Positions 59,177 to 64,000 of a DNA stretch of 64,000 nt are shown here, piece after piece; the stretch's first letter is position 1, and every line of letters begins with the position of its first letter. This DNA comes from Terriglobia bacterium (GTDB lineage Bacteria > Acidobacteriota > Terriglobia > Acidiferrales > UBA7541): assembly GCA_963695545.1 (NCBI GenBank), contig OY968796.1:1824001-1888000 (forward strand), given 5' to 3'. The notes beneath the pieces are model-generated. The model worked only from the letters and a program-made list of their open reading frames with translations. It ran no database searches and had not been told where the DNA came from. Both the position numbers and the translations under genes were made by a program.

Positions 59177-60568
59177 ATGGACGCCTACTCCATCTATTCC
59201 GAGACCAATCGGACTGCTCTGCTGGCGACGAGCTTAATTCTGATATTCGCGATCGCGGTGATCGATGTGGTCACTCCGAGTTTTCCGCTCGGGTATCTAT
59301 ACCTCCTTCCAATTCTTCTTGTCTCTGGATTCTTGGATCGCGAGTGGATTACCATTATCGTGATCCTCTGCGCTTTCTTGACGGCTGCTTTGAGCCGCTA
59401 TGAGTTCAAACAAGCGGTCGTCCTTTTCCTGATGGCCTTGACCGCTTTTGGTGGCACGGGCTTTTTCGTTTCCGAGGTCGTTCTAAATCGCCAAAAAGCG
59501 CTCGATTACATTCGGAAAATGGAAACCGAAATACGCTTGCGGCGGGAAACTGAAGACCAACTGCTCGGACTCGTTCAAAGTAGCCCGCTCGCGATCGTAA
59601 CCATCGGCGCGAACGGGGAAATACTCTTGGCCAACGACGCCGCCCAGAACTTGTTCGCTCCTGGAGACGCTCCGATTCCAGGCCAACCGATTGCGCAATT
59701 TCTGCCCGCCCTGCAGTCCGTGACGCAGCAATCCCGCTCGCATCTTTTTCGTACACGCATTCGGTGTCGGGGACAACGCAAAGGTGGCGAAATGTTCCTC
59801 GCCACGGTTTGGTTCTCCACCGCGCTGACCGCAGTCGGACTGATCGTTTTAGCGATTATTATCGATTTTTCCGAAGACGTCCAGGATCGGGAAGATCTGA
59901 GCCTCGAGCACCTCCTGAAGAATGCCAGAATCCTAGTGGGCGCGATCTCGCACGAAATCCGAAATTTATGCGGTGCCGCGTTGATCGTATTTAGAAACCT
60001 CTCTCGAGTCCCCGAACTGTCGCGCAATGAAGATTTCAATGCGCTCGGCGCATTGATTGGCGGACTCGAGAAATTATCGACGATGGAGTTGAAGCCGTCG
60101 TCGCTTCAAGACCTGGGTGCTGTCGAGCTGTTTTCGGTACTGGATGAATTCCGGGTTGTCGTCGAGCACGCTTGCCGGGAGTCCGGCATCAAAGTGATTT
60201 GGAACGTACAGGAGTCTCTGCCATTGGTGACCGGCGATCGGTACGGCATGCAGCAGGTTTTCCTAAACCTTGCGCGAAATAGCCAGCGCGCAATGGAAGC
60301 CACCGCTCGCAAAGAACTCGCGATCACCAGCGAGGTCAGTGCGGCGTCCGTCGTGCTCCGTTTTGAGGACACCGGCATCGGCGTGTCGGATACATCCCAG
60401 TTATTCCGGCCATTCAATGAACGAGGTACCACCGGCCTTGGCTTATATGTTTCACGCGCGATTCTCCGCAGCTTTCACGGCGACCTTCAGCACGAGGAGC
60501 GCACCGAAGGCTGTTCGTTTGCTGTTACGCTCGAAAGATTCGTTTCCTCGGAGGATGACGGCGCGTGA
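59177..60568 (+). CDS. Membrane-bound PAS sensor histidine kinase
   Basis: N-terminal TM bundle, PAS (SSPLAIVTI...N.AA..LF), H-box SHEIRN, N-box QQVFLNL..N, DTGIG, F.PF and GLGL. Confidence 0.9.
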   Translation: MDAYSIYSETNRTALLATSLILIFAIAVIDVVTPSFPLGYLYLLPILLVSGFLDREWITIIVILCAFLTAALSRYEFKQAVVLFLMALTAFGGTGFFVSEVVLNRQKALDYIRKMETEIRLRRETEDQLLGLVQSSPLAIVTIGANGEILLANDAAQNLFAPGDAPIPGQPIAQFLPALQSVTQQSRSHLFRTRIRCRGQRKGGEMFLATVWFSTALTAVGLIVLAIIIDFSEDVQDREDLSLEHLLKNARILVGAISHEIRNLCGAALIVFRNLSRVPELSRNEDFNALGALIGGLEKLSTMELKPSSLQDLGAVELFSVLDEFRVVVEHACRESGIKVIWNVQESLPLVTGDRYGMQQVFLNLARNSQRAMEATARKELAITSEVSAASVVLRFEDTGIGVSDTSQLFRPFNERGTTGLGLYVSRAILRSFHGDLQHEERTEGCSFAVTLERFVSSEDDGA

Positions 60569-61218
60569 CCACTCCTGCCGGCGATATTCGGATCTTGCTC
60601 GTCGACGATCACTCGCTGTTTCGAGAAAGCCTGGCGAGGTTGCTCCAAGCCGAGCCGGGTTTCGATCTTGCGGCACATTGCGGTTCCGGCGCGGAAGCCT
60701 TGCAAATTTTGAAGTCCCGCGTGATCGATCTCGTTTTGCTCGACGTCGATCTCGGTACAGAACGGGCTGCCCACGTCATCGATGACTTTCGCGCCATCGG
60801 CTATCCGGGAAAGATTCTGCTGGTCACCGCCGGGGTCGACGAGAGCGAAGTTCCGGACTTTATTCGCAAAGGAATCGCCGGCGTCTTTATGAAGCACAAT
60901 TCTCCGGCGCTCTTGATCCAGGGAATTCGCGAAACGATGCAAGGCAAAGTATGGTTTGAGCAGGACCTCCTGAAGAGGGCGTTTCAGGGGGCCGTCGCCG
61001 GCCGGACCGCCGCTGCTCCCGCCAAGCTCACCAAGCGGGAAAGGGAAGTCATGTCCTTTGTCTTCGAGGGCCTGGCCAACAAGCAGATCGCGGATCGAAT
61101 CCACGTTTCAGAAAGCGCGGTGAAAGCATGCCTTCAGCAATTGTTTGACAAGACCGGCGTGCGAACTCGAAGCCAATTGGTTCGAGTCGCGCTCGAACGA
61201 TATCGTGACGAGTTATAG
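60565..61218 (+). CDS. NarL/LuxR-family response regulator
   Basis: LVDDH, LLDVDL, FMK, LTKREREV, GLANKQIA and SESAVK motifs; GTGA overlap with the kinase stop. Confidence 0.93.
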   Translation: MTTPAGDIRILLVDDHSLFRESLARLLQAEPGFDLAAHCGSGAEALQILKSRVIDLVLLDVDLGTERAAHVIDDFRAIGYPGKILLVTAGVDESEVPDFIRKGIAGVFMKHNSPALLIQGIRETMQGKVWFEQDLLKRAFQGAVAGRTAAAPAKLTKREREVMSFVFEGLANKQIADRIHVSESAVKACLQQLFDKTGVRTRSQLVRVALERYRDEL

Positions 61219-61284
61219 CGCGTTCGAGGCTTGGCGCTTCGATCCGCCGGAATAAAAATACAGTCGCGGTTCTCGCGGCACGAC

Positions 61285-62235
61285 CTAATGCCGCGAGAAA
61301 TAAAGTAGCAATCCAAAAATCAAGATGGGGATGAAGGCAAGCGTCACATACAACACGATTGTTCCTGTTCCTGGCCCGCGTTGTTTTTTCCAGTCCCGCA
61401 GCTCGGCGCGGTCCGCCACGCCAACCTGATCAAGGTGCTGCAAATCGTGCGCGAATTCGTGCGCGCTCCCGTAGCGATTCCTGTGTTCTCGCTCCAGAGC
61501 CCTGCAGATCACCTCTTGTAACTGAAGTGAAATCGAGGGATCGATTTCGCGTGGCGGAATCGGATATGTCAACAACCGGTCAAATGGATCGCTTCCCGCG
61601 AACGGCGTCGCGCCCGTGAGCATTTCGTACAGAATCACGCCGAGCGAGTAGATATCGCTGCGTGCGTCGCCTCGTTTCCCCGACAATTCTTCGGGAGAAA
61701 TGTACGGCGTTACTCCCACGATTTGCGCAAGGCTCGTGAACGTCAATCGCGCCGAACCCTCCTTCGCGGCGGCGCCAAAATCCGTCAATTTGATGTGATC
61801 GTCGGGCCCGACCAGGATGTTCTCCGGCCTTAGGTTGCGGTGCACCACGCCATGGTTGTGAATGTACTCAAGCACATCGCACACCGACACGGCGATCCGA
61901 TTCGCCCGATCTTGAGAGAGCCTTTTCTCCTGATTGAGTATTCGGCGTAGTGATTGGCTTTCAAACCACTCGGTCACCAAGTACGTCTGGCCGCGATGCT
62001 CGTCGGGATGTAGTTTCAGCAGCCCGGGGTGGCTTAGGGTCTTGCCGATCTCCTCTTCGCGGTGAAAGCGATCGAACAGCGCGACGTCACTTTCGACTTC
62101 AGGATGCGGAATCTTAAGAGCTACCGGCTGGTTCGTGCGGAGGTCGGTGGCCCGAAAAGTGGATGTGGTGTTGCTGCTTGATACGAGGCTGTCGATGCGA
62201 TAGTGATCGAACTGGTCGCCGAGGTTGATGGACAT
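61285..62235 (-). CDS. Hanks-type Ser/Thr kinase-fold protein with C-terminal TM, probable pseudokinase
   Basis: VALK, DFG, YISPE, DIYSLG and EMLTG..PF are present, but the catalytic loop reads HRNLRPEN and the Gly-rich loop has no Gly. Confidence 0.88.
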   Translation of the reverse strand: MSINLGDQFDHYRIDSLVSSSNTTSTFRATDLRTNQPVALKIPHPEVESDVALFDRFHREEEIGKTLSHPGLLKLHPDEHRGQTYLVTEWFESQSLRRILNQEKRLSQDRANRIAVSVCDVLEYIHNHGVVHRNLRPENILVGPDDHIKLTDFGAAAKEGSARLTFTSLAQIVGVTPYISPEELSGKRGDARSDIYSLGVILYEMLTGATPFAGSDPFDRLLTYPIPPREIDPSISLQLQEVICRALEREHRNRYGSAHEFAHDLQHLDQVGVADRAELRDWKKQRGPGTGTIVLYVTLAFIPILIFGLLLYFSRH

Positions 62236-62726
62236 GTCCGTTCCTGCGTCGGCAGAAGGCCATCATGATTACATCAGCCCTCGGCCTCGCTCCGTGTGTG
62301 ACGCCCTCGGCTCGACGCCTCACTTCAGAGTCTGTGAACCGCGACTTAGGGTAATACCACCAACAAATAATCCGCAAGACTATCTTTCGGTGATCGGGTT
62401 TGCCGCTAAAACCGCGGATGCCCGTGGTGCAAGCGCTGAGTGTGGGCGATAGCGTTATCGGAAGTTTTTGTACCAGCGCGGTGAGAGAAAATTCACCCTG
62501 GAAGGAAGTCGGTATGCCGCTGAGGACGTACGAGCTGGCGACGCTGCTGCGGCAGGTCGAATTCGAAGTCGCCAAGCTGAGTGCGCATAGCTTTGAGACG
62601 TGCGCAGCGCCCGATTCCGCTCAACGCGGGTCGATTCTTACTGAGGATTTTTGCTAGCGCACCTGACCTAAAACCAGGTGGCCGAGTTTGCGCCTGAACT
62701 GAACCCTCTAAATACTTGAAAACAAA

Positions 62727-62803
<77 letters not shown>

Positions 62804-62963
62804 ACTGCGGACGCCTCGGCACAGAAGCTGCGCCAAGGCTCACGATTTATCAGAATAGCACAGGCGCAGGGGGCCAGCCAGCGCGCCGGAAGCGCCACAT
62901 TCGTCTTGGTTCTTCTCGATCGTTCTTCAGTCTGTGCGTCTTCTCCATCTCGATCGTCTCCGG

Positions 62964-63776
62964 TCACCTGGGCACGCAGAAAATGTCGTAGTGGGGCCAG
63001 GTCATCACGTCGCGCTCCTCGAGGCGTTGGCCGAGGTAGTGGGCGTCGTCTTCCCACCGATGAATGGCGTAATTGAGATCGATGATCATCCGGAAAAGGC
63101 GTTCGCGCTGCGGCGCGTTTGTGGCTTTGAACACTTCAGCGCGCAGATAAGGGCGCGTCTGGGCGATCACGCCGGTGAGCGTTGAAAGCACCGTCGCGTC
63201 GTAACCTTCGGCGTCGACTTTGATGTAGCGAATCCGAGGCAGCAGATCGGCGTAATCGCGACCCAGCACCGCGGCGAGATTCCGTCCTTGCACCCGCAGC
63301 TTGAAAGCGTGGCCGTGCCTCCATCGGCTGATGCCCTCGTGCAAGCCGCCGTTGCAGAACCCAGCGTCGGAATATTCGAAATCCAGTTCGCCATCTTCGG
63401 GCGTGGCGGCGAACATTAGTGGGACGATGCGCGCTTTTGAAGTGTTGAGCTGCGAATTTTTTTCGAGGATGGGGAATACGTAGGGGTTTGGCTCGAGCGC
63501 GAGCACTGCGCCCGTCGGCCCGACAGCCAGGGCCATCGGCAACGTGGAATCTCCGGTGTGCGCGCCGATATCGATCGCCACATCCCCGGGTGAGAGAAAT
63601 TTCCTCAATTCATCCACCGACTCCTGCCGGATGTTTTTCGCTGATTCCCTCGGATGAAGCCATTGCGCGTATTGGATGTCGCCGTCGGCGGGCAACTGGA
63701 ACGACCGGACCTCATAGCCATAGGTCCGCGGCTTCGGACGCATTCCCAGCAAGTAGAGCCATTCCTTTGCTTTCAT
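62964..63776 (-). CDS. FkbM family methyltransferase
   Basis: IDIGAHTG, ALEPNP and IKVDAEGYD motifs. Confidence 0.88.
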   Translation of the reverse strand: MKAKEWLYLLGMRPKPRTYGYEVRSFQLPADGDIQYAQWLHPRESAKNIRQESVDELRKFLSPGDVAIDIGAHTGDSTLPMALAVGPTGAVLALEPNPYVFPILEKNSQLNTSKARIVPLMFAATPEDGELDFEYSDAGFCNGGLHEGISRWRHGHAFKLRVQGRNLAAVLGRDYADLLPRIRYIKVDAEGYDATVLSTLTGVIAQTRPYLRAEVFKATNAPQRERLFRMIIDLNYAIHRWEDDAHYLGQRLEERDVMTWPHYDIFCVPR

Positions 63777-64000
63777 GGGTTCGCGGCCGTCAATCCCAAA
63801 CTGACACGCGGGGCCGAATGCGCATCCTATTATAAGGGGCGGGGTGTTGCATGGCGGACTTGAGAATCCCGCCCAACCCCAGTCCTGGCGGGAGTGGCTG
63901 GCAGCGTGTCATCGGGCGCGGAAATCTCGAAAGACCGATGCGGCGCTAGGGCGTACCGCTTGTCGCATGGCGCGGAGTAACTTTTTGCGCGGTGGCACGT

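Larger units (their letters stand above)
52018..62715. mobile_element. tRNA-Pro-integrated genomic island, no intact integrase
   Basis: Flanked by the intact tRNA and its displaced 3' fragment in the same orientation. Confidence 0.75.

Overview
GC-rich bacterial window. An Acidobacteriota origin is inferred from four Oar-type TonB-dependent receptor (TBDR) genes lacking SusD partners, an acidobacterial VWFA-type gene, and a GH79 resembling the Acidobacterium enzyme. From left to right it contains: (1) a sigma54 enhancer-binding protein with an atypical receiver, preceded by a -24/-12 promoter, IHF site and palindromic UAS candidate; (2) a Fur-family gene and TBDR sharing three copies of a 7-3-7 operator; (3) a ~25 kb pectin/rhamnogalacturonan-II-type utilization locus (TBDR, FGE-fold/BNR protein, GH43, GH28-like+CE8 fusion with a catalytically dead GH28, GH138-like, DUF5060/DUF4038, GH30-like, six-hairpin GH, GH79, GH95, SGNH); (4) a nucleobase/amino-acid scavenging group (deaminase, TBDR, APC and NCS2 permeases); (5) a ToxR-like membrane regulator divergent from an exported protein and a CDP-alcohol phosphatidyltransferase; (6) a VWA gene and a 1050-aa unknown; (7) a ~10.7 kb island without a recognisable integrase, bounded by tRNA-Pro(CGG) and a degenerate copy of its 3' half. 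The island carries a GAF-ANTAR regulator, a structured leader, three unknown genes, a PII-less ammonium transporter, a TPR protein, a cation/H+ antiporter, a two-component pair and a membrane-anchored pseudokinase; it is the best candidate for an undescribed system. All family calls come from recognising motifs by eye; no database searches were run.
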